A stretch of 64,000 nucleotides of DNA from Octopus sinensis (GCF_006345805.1 NC_043015.1:45074001-45138000); one strand, 5' to 3'; shown: positions 11,813 to 25,433, numbered from the stretch's first letter. A program made the numbers and translations. Notes: generated from the letters alone by a model not told the origin.

Positions 11813-11870
11813 CCTGATGAGGAGCCGGGCTCATCGCTATCACTGGATGTTGCGGACTGTCAAGCGCCAT
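11813..11870 (-). CDS. TMEM216: TMEM216/80-like exon 1 (MALDSPQHPVIAMSPAPHQ-G)
   Basis: aaaATGGCG start in a CpG-retaining region, G|gtatat donor in phase 1; a second in-frame ATG (MSPAPHQ) could also be the start. Confidence 0.72.
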
Positions 11871-11945
11871 TTTCTATAGTATCTGATGTTGCCATAACAG
11901 ACGAACTCAAATAACAGATCTGCACTTAAACTAATTTCCGGTTAT
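11860..11945 (-). promoter_or_regulatory. Proximal promoter/5' UTR motifs: X-box-like (RFX) GTCTGTTATGGCAAC 11902-11888, ETS-like CCGGAA near 11940, YY1-like AAAATGGCG
   Basis: Motif matches just upstream of a ciliary gene start; the X-box has a perfect GGCAAC half-site and one mismatch in the other half. Confidence 0.5.
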
Positions 11946-13301
11946 GAAAAAAAAAATTAGCAAAAGAGGTTTTTTCTTTTGTAAAAGCTTATTTGGAATT
12001 ATTTTATCGATTTCAAATGGGAAAAAAAAATTATTATTTTATAAGTATGTAGATATAATTTTTGAATAATAAAAAATATCTATATTGTTTGTTCTCTCTC
12101 CTTTACTGCATTTTACGAAGAGATAGTTGCCACATCATCAATATATTCTTCAATGCATTCACTAACTTAATAAAGATTTTCTTTAGGTTTCGTTTTAAAG
12201 TAATTTATTTTGGTGTTATATATCCTTAGGTACAACCCTGATAGAGTAGATCTACGATCAAAGGCATTCCAAATGTGACCACCCCCATGTTTTTATAGGG
12301 TCTGGGACCACCCACATTATTCAACCTGATCCTAGAAGACGATGTGCAATTTGAGGGAGATTTTGTTGCTATTTCTAGCTGGTTAGGCAACTAGGTAGGA
12401 ATTCCCTCGTAATTTCAATCCGTTCGGACGACAAACGTGGCCGATCAAACCAAATGAGTATTAATTTTGTCGAAGTTGAAGAGTGAAAGGGCTACGCAAC
12501 GTTATTAGGGCATAGAATTAACTATCGTTGGCTTTGGGTTTTTTTATTCGGCAGCATCGTTTAAAAAGGGTTCGGAACCTTTAAGACTATTTTCGAAATA
12601 AATTCTAATAATTCCATACTTGATTCTAATTTTGTTTAATTTCATATCACTTTTTTTAAAGTAGGATTTTTGACTTTAAGGATATTTTTTTACGTGGGTA
12701 CAAGATAGATTCACAGATGAATTGAACTGAAATTATGTGACGGTCAAAACTTCCTTGGGTCGTCTAACACTGAGAATCGAACCTGTACCGATCACCATGC
12801 AGTTACACGATCTGTCAGAAATAGCATTCAAATTTTTCTCTAATTACGCCTTACTGCATTGGACATTATAGATTTTTTTCGCAAAAAAAAAAAAAATGAA
12901 AAAGAAGCAGGTTGATCAGTTAGAATGCTTTTGATTATAGTTCTGCTGGATTAGGACTGCCCTTGAGCTAAATAAACAACAAAAACATTACAACACACCG
13001 AAGTTTCCTTCTTTTTTTAAAAATGTTTTGTTTCTTATCTTGAATCTATTCAGGATGGAAAATGCGATAATCTGACAGACACATTTTTTCCCAGGGTCAG
13101 TAATAATATTAGTGAAGGTGAATGGTTCCAGTAGAGAACTGAATGTGGTCCATGTAGGGGCCGATAAGGATTAGTGATCTTTCTTCTCAACCAATTCACT
13201 AACACCTATGAATATTTTCACCCAGTAATGTACTGTGTCGGTGTTTTTCAACCATTTTTTTATACCTGTGCACTCCCTTTGATTGCTATGTTACTCAGAT
13301 G

Positions 13302-13714
13302 GGATCTTTTCGGTTTGAACGGCAGTTTTTAACAATTTCTAGGTAACTAAAAAATTTTAAACTTCATATACTGGTAGAATGTGTTTATAAAACATCTTTT
13401 TCTCTTGGCTTTATTGAGAAAATTCTATTGTTTGTAAGATATTTGTTGTTTTTTCTTCAATATCTGCAATTTCAACCAATCACTGACGTCTATTGAGTTA
13501 AAAAGCATTCTGTGCCGTATGAATATGTCCCTCGTTTAAGAAACAGATTGGGTTTATTTACATTTCGGAAGAAAAAAATATACCCTTCCCCCCACCCCTA
13601 ACCCTAACCCTAAAACAGATTGAAATGCAATAGATCGATACTAAGGTCATAATTATGGGTGACAATTTCATATGACACCGCTAGAAAAAACTGCCGTTCA
13701 AACCGAAAAGATCC
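13302..13714 (+). mobile_element. Merlin-like MITE copy 1
   Basis: TIR GGATCTTTTCGGTTTGAACGGCAGTTTT; 8-bp TSD CTCAGATG on both sides; internal ccctaaccctaaccctaa. Confidence 0.9.
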
Positions 13715-14049
13715 CTCAGATGGGCCCTTCCCAGCCATTCAATGTTTTTATAATTAAATATTATTAGGAATTGTATAAAAATATTGTTAAAATATTTTGT
13801 GTATTGTAGATGTATAACTAATTTATTGCAGATAAATTTTAACAACAAAATCTTTGAGAACCAATGTACTATGTGACCATACCAAAAGATTGATGGCCCA
13901 TATCCCCATATCAACATGACTGACGAAATCATTAATATTTTTAACATAAGACAAAGTAAAAGCTATGTCAATTTAAAGTAAATACACATGTATCTTATTC
14001 ACTAGAGTAGCTAGAGTGTATGCCACCCCCGGACCCCACAAAAATCACA

Positions 14050-14440
14050 TATTCTTTTCTAATTTAGGCACAAGGCCCGAAATTTGGAGGGAGGGGCCAA
14101 TCGATTAGTTCGACCCCAGTACGCAACTGGTACTTAATTTATCAACCCCGAAAGGATGAAAGGCTAAGTCGACCTCGGCGGAATTTGAACTCAGAACGCA
14201 AAGACAGATGAAATACCTATTTCTATTTCTTTACTACCCACAAGGGGTTAAACACAGAGAAGACAAACAAGGACAGACAAAAGGATTGAGTCGATTATAT
14301 CAACCCCAGTGTGTAACTGGTACTTATTTAATCAACCCCGAAATGAGGAAAGGCGAATTTGACCTCGGCGGAATTTGAACTCAGAACATAAGGCAGACGA
14401 AATACCGCTATGCTTTGCACCCGGCGAAAAGTGCCGCCCC
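14050..14440 (-). mobile_element. Head-to-tail dimer of SINE family A
   Basis: Two cores joined by gaaatagaaataggtatttcatctgtc (minus strand). Confidence 0.8.
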
Positions 14441-14861
14441 TTTAAAAGTCTTCCCCACCAGCTACGCTAGTGATCTTATTTATTAAGCAATGCATGATTA
14501 ATTTTTAATTTAAAATATTTATGTCTTACTGTGTTGTTGCCTATTTCAATTGAAAGTAAATTCATTTGTAGTGGGGCCATGAAATTTTCCAAATGAATTA
14601 TATAGACAACTTTCTGGAAAAAGTTGTGCATCGCTGGTCTAACCACCGATCCATCATTGAAAACCACTCTTTACCTCAGTGAAAGTCATCAGGCAATGAC
14701 TATACATTGGATACAATAGTAGATCCAATGTATTTGAGCTTACCTCCTCCATCGTGTACAGTTTCAATAGACAGATAACCTGGTGTTGCATGTCTCCGCT
14801 CCAGTTAAGTTTAGCTATTGACTTTGAGAAACCTCTTCTGCCTTTTAACAAGTTTCATTTT

Positions 14862-15273
14862 GGATCGTTTCGGTTTGACTGGCAGTTTTTTTTAATAATT
14901 TCCGCGTAACTAAACACTTTTAAACTTCGTATACTGGTAGAATGTGTTTATAAAACATCTTTTTCTTTTGGCTTTATTGAGAAAATTCTATAGTTTGTAA
15001 GATATTTGTTGTTTTTTTTTCTTCAGTTTCTGCAAGTTCAACCAATCAATGATGTCTATTGAGGTGAAAACATTTTGTGCCGTATGAATATGTCCCTCGT
15101 TTAAGAAACAGATTGGGTTTATTTACATTTTTGAAGAAAAAAAGATACCCTTCCCCCCACCCCTAACCCTAAAACAGATTGAAATGCAATAGATCAATAC
15201 TAGGGTCATAATTATGGGTGACAATTTCATATGACACCGCTAGAAAAAACTGCCGGTCAAACCGAATAGATCC
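14862..15273 (+). mobile_element. Merlin-like MITE copy 2
   Basis: Same TIR and interior as copy 1; 8-bp TSD TTCATTTT. Confidence 0.9.
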
Positions 15274-15469
15274 TTCATTTTTAATCTTGTTGGTTAACCA
15301 TCTTCCTTTCCCTATAAACTGTGTGTGTGTGTGTGTACACATGAGAGGGTATTTGCAATCCATTCAACCATGGAATAAATTGCACTTTGTTACGTAGTAT
15401 CATTGGAAGCAGCAGTAGAAGACAGAACCTGATTTGACCATTTTATAAAATTTTACACTGGAATTAAAT

Positions 15470-15705
15470 TACATAAGAGAAAGAGACAGACAGAGAGAAA
15501 GAGAGAGTGAGACAGAGAGAGAGAAGACGAGAAAGAAAGAGAGAACAGAATTTGTGTTGAATGGAATTTCTAAACACTATTATTTTCAGACAAGTTCTTT
15601 TTTAAAAAAAATTGTGCTACATGTCAAGGTATCATCATCATCATTATCGTCATCAACATCATCATCATCATCATCATTGTCATTCCCTTCATCACCATCA
15701 TCAAC
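15470..15705. repeat. (AG)n-rich and (CAT)n microsatellites
   Basis: gagagagaaagagagagtgagacag tract and atcatcatcatc tract (source of the poly-Asp ORF 15586-15777). Confidence 0.9.
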
Positions 15706-16147
15706 AATGGCCTTTCCATAGTGGATATAGAGCATAGGTGGTGACCACTCCTGCACATGCGGTTCTGATGTGGACAAACCTACCCCAAAGGATGCAAAAA
15801 ACCCCCAGATCTATTAGGCCTCTAGCCTTAGCCCAGTATAGTGACATTCTACTGGACCTCCTGTAAGTAATAGGGAAACAGGTGTAGTTTTATATCATAG
15901 CAAAGATTTTGACTAAGTTTCAAATTTTGGCACAAGGCCAAAAAGTTCAGGGGAGTAGGATAGCCATTTACATTGACCCCACCATGCTCGACTCGTACTT
16001 ATTTTATCGACCCTGATAGGATGAAAAGCAAAGTCGACCTTCGTGGAATTTGAACTCAGAACATAAAGATGGACGAAATGCCACTAAGCATTTTACCTTG
16101 CTGCTAATGATACTGCCAGCTCACCACAATAAGAATTCCACTCATAT

Positions 16148-16297
16148 TGGTATCAAATTTTGGCACAAGGCCAGCAAGTTTGGAGGAGGGGTTAAGTCGA
16201 TTACATCGACCCCCAGTCTTCTACTGGTACTTATTTTATCGACCCTGAAAGAACGAAAGGCAAAGTCGACCTTGTTGGAATTTGAACTCAGAACGTA
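16148..16297 (-). mobile_element. 5'-truncated SINE family A insertion with 17-bp TSD
   Basis: AAGAATTCCACTCATAT at 16131-16147 and 16298-16314 flanks the element, a TPRT signature. Confidence 0.8.
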
Positions 16298-17642
16298 AAG
16301 AATTCCACTCATATCATCAAACGTTAACATGCTGCATTTACTCTAGGATTGTTTCCTCCTGCCACTGCCCTGTTACCGCAGGGGAGAAAACTCATATGGT
16401 GACATGATGCACCTACAAAGTGCTAAACATTAAGCAACTATACATCTCCTTTTGCCCATGCCTGTATATTTATCAAAATATATTTTATCTATTTAAAGTT
16501 AGTAGGCTGAGGTGGTTGACATTTCACGTTTGCAAAGATTTTTTAAAAAAATATTTTCAGAAAAAATCTACTATAATAATACTCTTGTGTTTTTCTCCGT
16601 TACAACATATGAACGAGAAAGGAAGGGGTAATAGATGAATAAGGAAGGAAGGGGTGATTGCAAACTAGTAATGGGTTGATGGAAGTTCTACGGTGAAAAA
16701 AAATCAAACAGCATTTCACCTCTGTATGAGTATATGTGTGTGTATGTAAAAGGGAAGTATGTGAATGTGTGGGTGTGTGTGTGTGTGTGCAATGGAAGTG
16801 AGGTTGGGAACATTCAATGCTGAAAAGAAAAATCAAACAGTGTTTCAACTCTGTGTGAGTATATGTATGTATGTGTGTGTACAAGGGTAGCATGTGAATG
16901 TTTGTATGTGTGAACCAGCATTCTTTCAGTAACAAACGATGATCAATATCACATCTCAGAAGACAACCACTAGATAACATTGACCACTCTGTAAAGTGGT
17001 TGACATTAGGAAGGGCATCCATCCATAGAAACCAGGCCAAAACAGACTATGGAACCTGGTAAGGTCCCAGGTCTTGCCAGCTTGTGCTAAGCTGTCCAAT
17101 CTATGCCAGCATGGAAAACAGTCGTTAAATGTTGATGATGATGATGATATGTTTGCATCAGAGAAGTGGTAAGGATAGTAGAGGTTTTATGTGAGTCCAA
17201 ATACTATTTTTCAGGAAAAAGCTAGGATGTAGGATGTAGCCTGAAGAGTAAAGATGAGTTAGGAAACAGAGGCGGACGAGGGATTTGAGTCTCAAAGAAA
17301 AAATATTTGTGGTTTGCACATTAACAGGAGATGGTGGGTTGGGTCAATGCTGGACCGAACTCCATGGATATTGGTGTAGAGGAGTGAACATTGTTTCACA
17401 GATTAATTTAGCTTTTTAGACTGTGTGTGGTTAAAATGTTCACTTTGCAACCACATAGTTTCAAGTTCAGTCCTACTGTGCAGCACCTTGGCTTAATGAC
17501 ATATACTATAGCCCTGGGCCAACTAATATTTTGTGATGAATTTGTTAGATGGAAACTGTGTGGAAGCCTGTCATACCTATCTATCTATCTACCCATCCAT
17601 CCATCCATCTATCTATATATATGTATGTATATATGTATGTCT

Positions 17643-17683
<41 letters not shown>

Positions 17684-18014
17684 TCATTTATATCCGTGTA
17701 ACATCGTCTGTTTTTCCGTCCTTGTTTTTGCATACATTCGATGCTCTCTTCCAAGGAATCTAATGCTCTTAGCTTAGTTTTTCCTTGGGGCTGGCCAGAT
17801 TGGAGCAATCTCAAGATTAATCAGCCGAAATTACGAGGATGATCCGATTCTTGACTGAGGATAAAAGGCTCCGAATGACCCATTCTTGTTTTTTTGTATC
17901 ATCTATCTGGATGTTTTGTTGTCCCTTTTTGTGTTACCTAGTTGTCTGGATGTTTTGCCTTCTTGTCCCATTTTGTATTTTATATATATATACTTATGTA
18001 TATCATCTTTGTAT

Positions 18015-18275
18015 GAATTGGCTCATCCCATAAATAATGTGGTTTTTTTATACTTCTTTTATTTTTCAAAATTAAGATAAACAAAGTTCTTTTTTGATCT
18101 AAAATACATTCTCCTTCATTTTCTACAATGTTCTTCCATCTATCTGGTAGACTTGCAAGGCACCTCCCCCAAAATTCATTTGTCCATGATGAAAAATACT
18201 CTTCCAGTACTGTTCTGACCACTTCTACAGAATTCATAATTTTTCTGTTCAAATGATTTTGAAGGCTGTGGAATA
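18015..18275 (-). mobile_element. Mariner transposase C-terminal remnant plus TIR
   Basis: VLEEYFSSWTNEFWGRCLASLPDRWKNIVENEGECILD resembles the mariner C-terminus (LPxRWxxxxxxxGxY); adjacent ttggctcatcccataaataa is TIR-like. Confidence 0.75.
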
Positions 18276-18409
18276 ATGATAATCAGATGGGAGCAATGTC
18301 TGATGAATATGGTGGGTGGGGCATCATTTCCCATTCAAACTGACCCAATATATATACACATACATACATACATGCACACACATATATCTATTATATTATA
18401 TGAATATAT

Positions 18410-18536
18410 ATATAACCACATGGTTCCAGGTTCAGTCTCATTGCATGGCACCTTGGGCAAGTGTCTTCTACTATAGTCTCGGGTCGACCAAAGCCTTGAG
18501 AGTGGATTTGGTAATAGAAACTGAAAGAAGCCCATC

Positions 18537-18575
<39 letters not shown>

Positions 18576-18775
18576 TTCCCCCCACCCTCAACATCGCTTG
18601 ACAACCAATGCTGGTGTGTTTATGTCCCCCATAACTTAGCGGTTCAGCAAAAGAGACCGATAGAATAAGTACTAGGCTTACAAAGAATAAATCCTGGGGT
18701 TGATTTGCTTGACTAAAGGTGATGCTCCAGCATGGCCACAACCAAATGACTGAAACAAATAAAAGAATAAAAGAA
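18410..18775 (+). mobile_element. tRNA-derived SINE family B (head, internal microsatellite, tail)
   Basis: accacatggttccaggttcagtc...accttgggcaagtgtcttctactatagc...(TG)n...ccagcatggcc...aaacaaataaaag. Confidence 0.8.
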
Positions 18776-19274
18776 TATGTCTATGTGTGTGTGTGTGTGT
18801 GTGTGTGCATTTGTTCACCTACCACTTGAAAACAGGTGTTGGTTTCTTTGTGTCCCCATAACTTAGCAGTTTGGAAAAAGAGACTGATAGAATAAGTACC
18901 AAACTTTAAAAATAAGTACAGTGGTTGACTTGCCTGACTAAAAATCCTTCAAGGCTGTGCTCCAGCATGACCACATTCCACTGGCTGAAACAGGAGGTAA
19001 AAGAAAAACAAATGATTGACAGCTGTCCTAAAAAACTGTCATTAAAATATAACCTTTCACTGTAGCATTATGTCGCTGCCGAAGTAGTATTGAATGCCAT
19101 CTGTAGGAAACACTATCGTGGGATAAATATCTGGAATATTTAAGATGATGAATACATTCTAACATTTTGACATGGTGGAACACAGTTTTATGGAAACTTC
19201 TGTCAAACACAAAACTCAACAGCTGAGTGTGGGATAAAAAAAATAAAAAATAAAAAAAAAAAGCAAAAACGTCT

Positions 19275-20347
<1,073 letters not shown>

Positions 20348-20777
20348 AAGAAGAAAAAATACAGAGTATGGCACTTAAGAGCAGTCTAGACAACTTTTTA
20401 GTTGCTGTACAGTATCGTTTAAAAAAGCATCTGTTAAGTGACTGTTGCAGCAAGAAAAAGATGCAGAGATAAAGAAAGAGAAAATAATAAAATTCTATAA
20501 AAAAAAAAGAATAAAAAAAAAGGAAAAAAAGACATCAACCAAATACATTGGTCAGCTGCTCTGCAGATGTGAAAATATTTCATAATCAGTAAAAAATGAG
20601 ATTATTTATAGACATGAACATGGGTGTGGTTAAGAAGCAGATTTTTGCAACTGTGTAGTTTTGGGATCAGTTCCACTGCATGGCATCTTCCTTGAGGAGC
20701 AAGTATCTTCTACTATAGCCTCAGGCTGACAAATGGCTTGAGCATAAATTTGGTAGATAGAAACTGTGGGAAAGCTG

Positions 20778-21231
20778 GAAGGCGGCGAACTGGTAGAAAC
20801 GTTAGCATGCCAGGCAAAATGCGCAGCCGTATTTCGTCTGCCATTACGTTCTGAGTTCAAATTCCGCCGAGGTCGACTTTGCCTTTCATCCTTTCGGGGT
20901 CGATAAATTAATTACCAGTTATGCACTGGGGTCGATGTAATCAACTTAATCCGTTTGTCTGTCCTCTCTGTGTTTAGCCTTTCGTGGGAAGTAAAGAAAT
21001 AGGTATTTAAAATATTTCGCCAGCCATTACGTTCTGAGTTCAAATTCCGCCGAGGTCGACTTTGCCTTTCATCCTTTCGAGGTCGATGAATTAAGTACCA
21101 GTTACGCACTGGGGTTGATGTAATCAACTTAATCCATTTGTCTGTCCTTCTTTGTCCCCTCTGTGTTTAGCCCCTTGTGGGTAGTAAAGAAATAGGTATT
21201 TCATCTGTCATTACATTCTGAGTTCAAATTC
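20778..21231 (+). mobile_element. SINE family A concatemer (one full unit, one headless unit, one partial)
   Basis: Junctions gaaataggtatttaaaatatttcg (about 21000) and gaaataggtatttcatctg (about 21190). Confidence 0.85.
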
Positions 21232-22836
21232 TACAGTCTTTTTGTTTTGTTTTCTTTTTTCTTTTATTTGGTTGTTGTCGGTCAGCTTTGCTTAAAAGAC
21301 ATGGCATCTGTGACCATCCTATCTTCTAAATATCAGACACAGCATATCTGAGAGTACATTATAGAATTGTCCTTCTCACTTTATGAAGGTAGCGAGCTGG
21401 CAGAAACGTGTGCACACCGGGCGGAATGCCTAGAGGTATTTCGTGTGCCTTTACGTTCTGAGTTCAAATTCCACTGAGGTCGACTTTGCATTTCATCCTT
21501 TTGGGGTCGATAAATTAAATACCAGTTATGCACTGGGGTCGATGTAATCGACTTAATCCTTCTGTCTGTCCTTGTTTGTCCCCTCTATGTTTAGCTCCTT
21601 GTGGGCAATAAAGAAATAACAAATAGTCTATGTTTTATGTTCAAACCTCCAGATCTGGCCTCTACACATACTCTACAATGCCATTCTAAAAATAAATAAT
21701 TGTATTATCAAAATTTTGAAGCTATAAGATAATGCATGATTCATTCAAAACAATGTGATTGAATAAGCATTACATTTGACAGGCTAATCTGAGTGCTAAA
21801 GGGTCAAATTTTTCATTGAAAGGAAATGAAAGATCAAGAAGCATATAGGTCCAGGCTTGCCTGTGTGGTAAGAAGTGTGCTTCCCAACCACATGGTTCCG
21901 AGTTCAGTCCCACTGTGTGGTACCTTGGGCAAGTATCTTCTACTATAAGCAAACCCAAAACCTTGGGAATGGATTTGGTAGACAGAAACTGAAAGAAGCC
22001 CACCATGTCTCTCTCTCTTTCCTGCTATACTACTAATTATCATTACCACTACAGTCTCGGAGTGGTTGGCGTTAGGAAGGGCATCCAGCTGTAGAAACAC
22101 TGCCAGATCAGACTGGAGCCTGGTGCAACGTTCTGGCTTCCCAGATCCGTGGTCGAACCGTCCAACCCATGCTAGCATGGAGAACGGACGTTAAACGATG
22201 ATGATGATGATGATGACATCCACCTGACAAGGATATTGTTGCAGCAGAAGGAAGAATATTCTCTGATCCAACAATGTGTGTGTGTGTGTGTGTGTGAGTG
22301 TGTGTGTGTTTGCGTGTGTGTGAGTGTGTGTATGTGTGTGTGTGCGCGTGTGTTTGTGACTGTGTTTGTCCCTCCCACCACTTGACAACTGGTGTTGGTG
22401 TGTTTACATCCCTGTAACTTAGTGGTTCGACAAAAGAAACCAATAGAATAAGTATTACGCTTAAAAATAATAGACAATAAGTACTGGGGCCAATTTGTTC
22501 AACTAAAATCTATCAAGGTTGTGCCCCAGCATGGCCGCAGTCTAATGAGTGAAACAAGCAAAAGATAAAATCTAAAGACAAACTTTTCTTCAAAGAATAG
22601 TTAATGAAAGGAGAGTATCAGTGGCCCAGGTTATATTTATTACTGTTTAGTCCCAGTTCAAATACGATGGAGTAGGATTGTATCCAAAGACATTCCAACC
22701 ATGACTATCTCACCTTGTTTTTAGGCAATGGGAATATAGCAGAATAATCCTGCTCAAGGTGCCATGCAGCAGGATTGAACCCAAGACAATGTAGATGGAA
22801 AGCAAACTTCTTTCCTCACAGCCACATAGAGGTACC

Positions 22837-22881
<45 letters not shown>

Positions 22882-22899
22882 ACACGATGGTGTAAAGAA

Positions 22900-23133
22900 A
22901 AGGCGGCGAGCTGGCAGAAACGTTATCACGCCGGACGAGATGCTTAGCGGTATTTCGTCTGCCGCTACGTTCTGAGTTCAAATTCCTACGAGGTCGACTT
23001 TGCCTTTCATCTTTTCGGGGTCGATAAATTAAGTACCAGTTACGCACTGGGTCGATGTAATCGACTTAATCCGTTTGTCTGTCCTTGTTTGTCCCCTCTG
23101 TGTTTAGCCCCTTGTGGGTAGTAAAGAAATAGG
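22900..23133 (+). mobile_element. Full-length SINE family A
   Basis: ggcggcgagctggcagaaacg A-box, gagttcaaattcc B-box, Nin-like core, gtaaagaaataggt end; CpGs retained. Confidence 0.85.
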
Positions 23134-23938
23134 TGTAAAGTGGGCTACCAACAATTATTGAAGGGAGAGCATATTTATTTATCATTATTTTTGGTTTTGA
23201 AATTTTGCGCCTACGGTAACTGTCCTTGTGGCCCCGCCCACATTATTCCCCGGCACACATACATATATATATCATGATAAGAATAGAAAAAAAATATAGT
23301 CCTGTTGTCACAATGAACCTAAACAAGTGAACAAGTGTTTCTTTTAAATGTTGACAATTATTTTAAGAAGAAAACATAATTATTAAAACAAATACTAATG
23401 CCGGCGACAGCAAAAATTATTATATAAGGCGGCGAGCTGGCAGAATCGTTAGCAGGCTGAGCGAAATATTTTAGCGGTATTTCGTCATCTTCACGTTCTG
23501 TGTTCAAATTCCGCCGAGGTCGACTTCACCTTTCATCCTTTCGGGGTCGATGAAATAAGTACTTGTTGAATATTGGAGTCGATGCGATCGACTAGTCCCT
23601 GCCCCCAAAATTTCAGGTCTTGTGCCTTTAGTAGAAAGGATTATTATTATTATTAAGTATCCGATTAAATAACGGACTATATCGAGTAGTGCTTCTCATC
23701 TGGGATCCATATGACCCCTGGGAGATCCATATAAGATTATTGGGGATCCGCGCAAAGAAAATAGAAAATTGAATAGACACGGTGGTATATTAAGGATCCA
23801 TGAAAATATTTTGATTTAGATGTATCGGATAAACAGCTAAGTATTTTTCTCTAACGTTTTATATAGTTCAGCCAACAAAAGTTAAATTTTTGCAAAACAA
23901 AATAGGTATTTCGAAAGAAGTATCTATAAAAGTAGTTT

Positions 23939-25110
23939 TAAAATATCTATTTCTTTACTACCCACAAGGGGCTAAACACAGAGAGGACAAACAAGGACAG
24001 ACAAAGGGATTAAGGCGATTATATCGACTCCAGTGCGTAACTGGTACTTATTTAATCGACCCCGAAAGGATGAAAGGCAAAGTCGACCTCGGCGGAATTT
24101 GAACTCAGAACGTACCGGCAGACGAAATAAGGCTACGTAAAATATCTATTTCTTTACTGCCCACAAGGGGCTAAACAGAGAGGACAAACAAGGACAGACA
24201 AAGGGATTAAGTCGATTATATCGATGCCAGTGCGTAACTGGTACTTATTTAATCGACCCCGAAAGGATGAAAGGCAAAGTCGACCTCGGCGGAATTCGAA
24301 CTCAGAACGTACCGGCAGACGAAATAAAGCTACGTAAAATATCTATTTCTTTACTGCCCACAAGGGGCTAAACAGAGAGAGGACAAACAAGGACAGACAA
24401 AGGGATTAAGTCGATTATATCGATGCCAGTGCGTAACTGGTACTTATTTAATCGACCCCGAAAGGATGAAAGGCAAAGTCGACCTCGGCGGAATTCGAAC
24501 TCAGAACGTACCGGCAGACGAAATAAAGCTACGTAAAATATCTATTTCTTTACTACCCACAAGGGGCTAAACACAGAGAGGACAAACAAGGACAGACAAA
24601 GGGATTAAGTCGATTATATCGACTCCAGTGCGTAACTGGTGCTTATTTAATCGACCCCGAAAGGATGAAAGGCAAAGTCGACCTCGGCGGAATTCGAACT
24701 CAGAACGTACCGGCAGACGAAATAAAGCTACGTAAAATATCTATTTCTTTACTACCCACGAGGGGCTAAACAGAGAGAGGACAAACAAGGACAGACAAAG
24801 GGATTAAGTCGATTATATCGATGCCAGTGCGTAACTGGTACTTATTTAATCGACCCCGAAAGGATGAAAGGCAAAGTCGACCTCGGCCGAATTTGAACTC
24901 AGAACGTAGCGGCAGACGAAATACCTATTTCTTCACGACCTACAAGGGGCTAAACGCAGAAGGGACGGATTAAGTCGATTACATCGATGCCAGTGCGTAA
25001 CTGGTACTTATTTAATCGACCCCCTCGAAAGGATGAAAGGCAAAGTCGACCTCGGCGGAATTCGAACTCAGAACATTAACGGCAGACGAAATAAGGCTAC
25101 GTTAAAATAT
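23939..25110 (-). repeat. Tandem array of six headless SINE family A units (about 199 bp) just upstream of SND1
   Basis: Units begin taaaatatctatttctttact at about 23939, 24138, 24335, 24534, 24733, with a variant at about 24920; each has a minus-strand B-box gagttc(a/g)aattc(c/g). Confidence 0.92.
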
Positions 25111-25210
25111 CGAGAGGCTATGGAGGGGGTGGTGGATTTTCATCAGGAGTAAAATAACAATTAAAATAGGTCTATAGGTAAAAAAATATATATATATAAA
25201 TATATATATT

Positions 25211-25258
<48 letters not shown>

Positions 25259-25378
25259 TATAAATGGTTGAGAAACTATAAGGTTGTAAGCGAGTAAAAA
25301 TCTAGTCTAGGTGGTTCAGGGCGAGCCGCGGCAGTTGGATGTTATATTAATACTTTAAGACCCGAAACGAACTGTGTA

Positions 25379-25390
25379 GGTCACGTGATC
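25379..25390. promoter_or_regulatory. E-box / CLEAR-like motif GGTCACGTGATC about 50 bp upstream of the SND1 ATG
   Basis: Palindromic TCACGTGA core in a CpG-retaining proximal promoter. Confidence 0.5.
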
Positions 25391-25433
25391 GGCTGTCTCT
25401 TTTTCGACCATCACTGAACGTCGCCTTGCAAGC

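Larger units (their letters stand above)
1891..11870 (-). other. TMEM216: Gene span: TMEM216/TMEM80-family ciliary transition-zone membrane protein, 6 coding exons, about 162 aa
   Basis: Exons 11870-11813, 8295-8279, 7180-7087, 4653-4561, 2744-2543, 1915-1891 join in frame: MALDSPQHPVIAMSPAPHQGCSTTIRSSLSYQILLFLNQWYFGLFFILEIFIFIFKGETLPYAPGVLSLEVLLLFLLLIIEQFRIFFGKKGNLTERINGVAMSIFLSLPSLSVTLYLTFWQSYVLQLEVILTAIEITFIGAEFIFGLLFIITFARCCLEILN. Family motifs recognised: SS..YQIL.FLN.WY, FKG..LPY, R.FFG.KGNL.ER, WQ.YVL.LE. TMEM216 versus TMEM80 orthology cannot be settled by eye. Confidence 0.9.

Noticed and set aside
13590-13612. Interstitial telomere or chromosome-fusion scar
   Set aside because: The CCCTAA repeats are an internal part of the MITE and recur at the same position in its other copies
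17845-17885. CTGAGGA...CGAAT in a repeat end
   Set aside because: No GAAA core and no convincing stems; at most a decayed relic
23939-25110. CRISPR-like array
   Set aside because: Whole units are near-identical SINE sequence with no unique spacers; eukaryotic context
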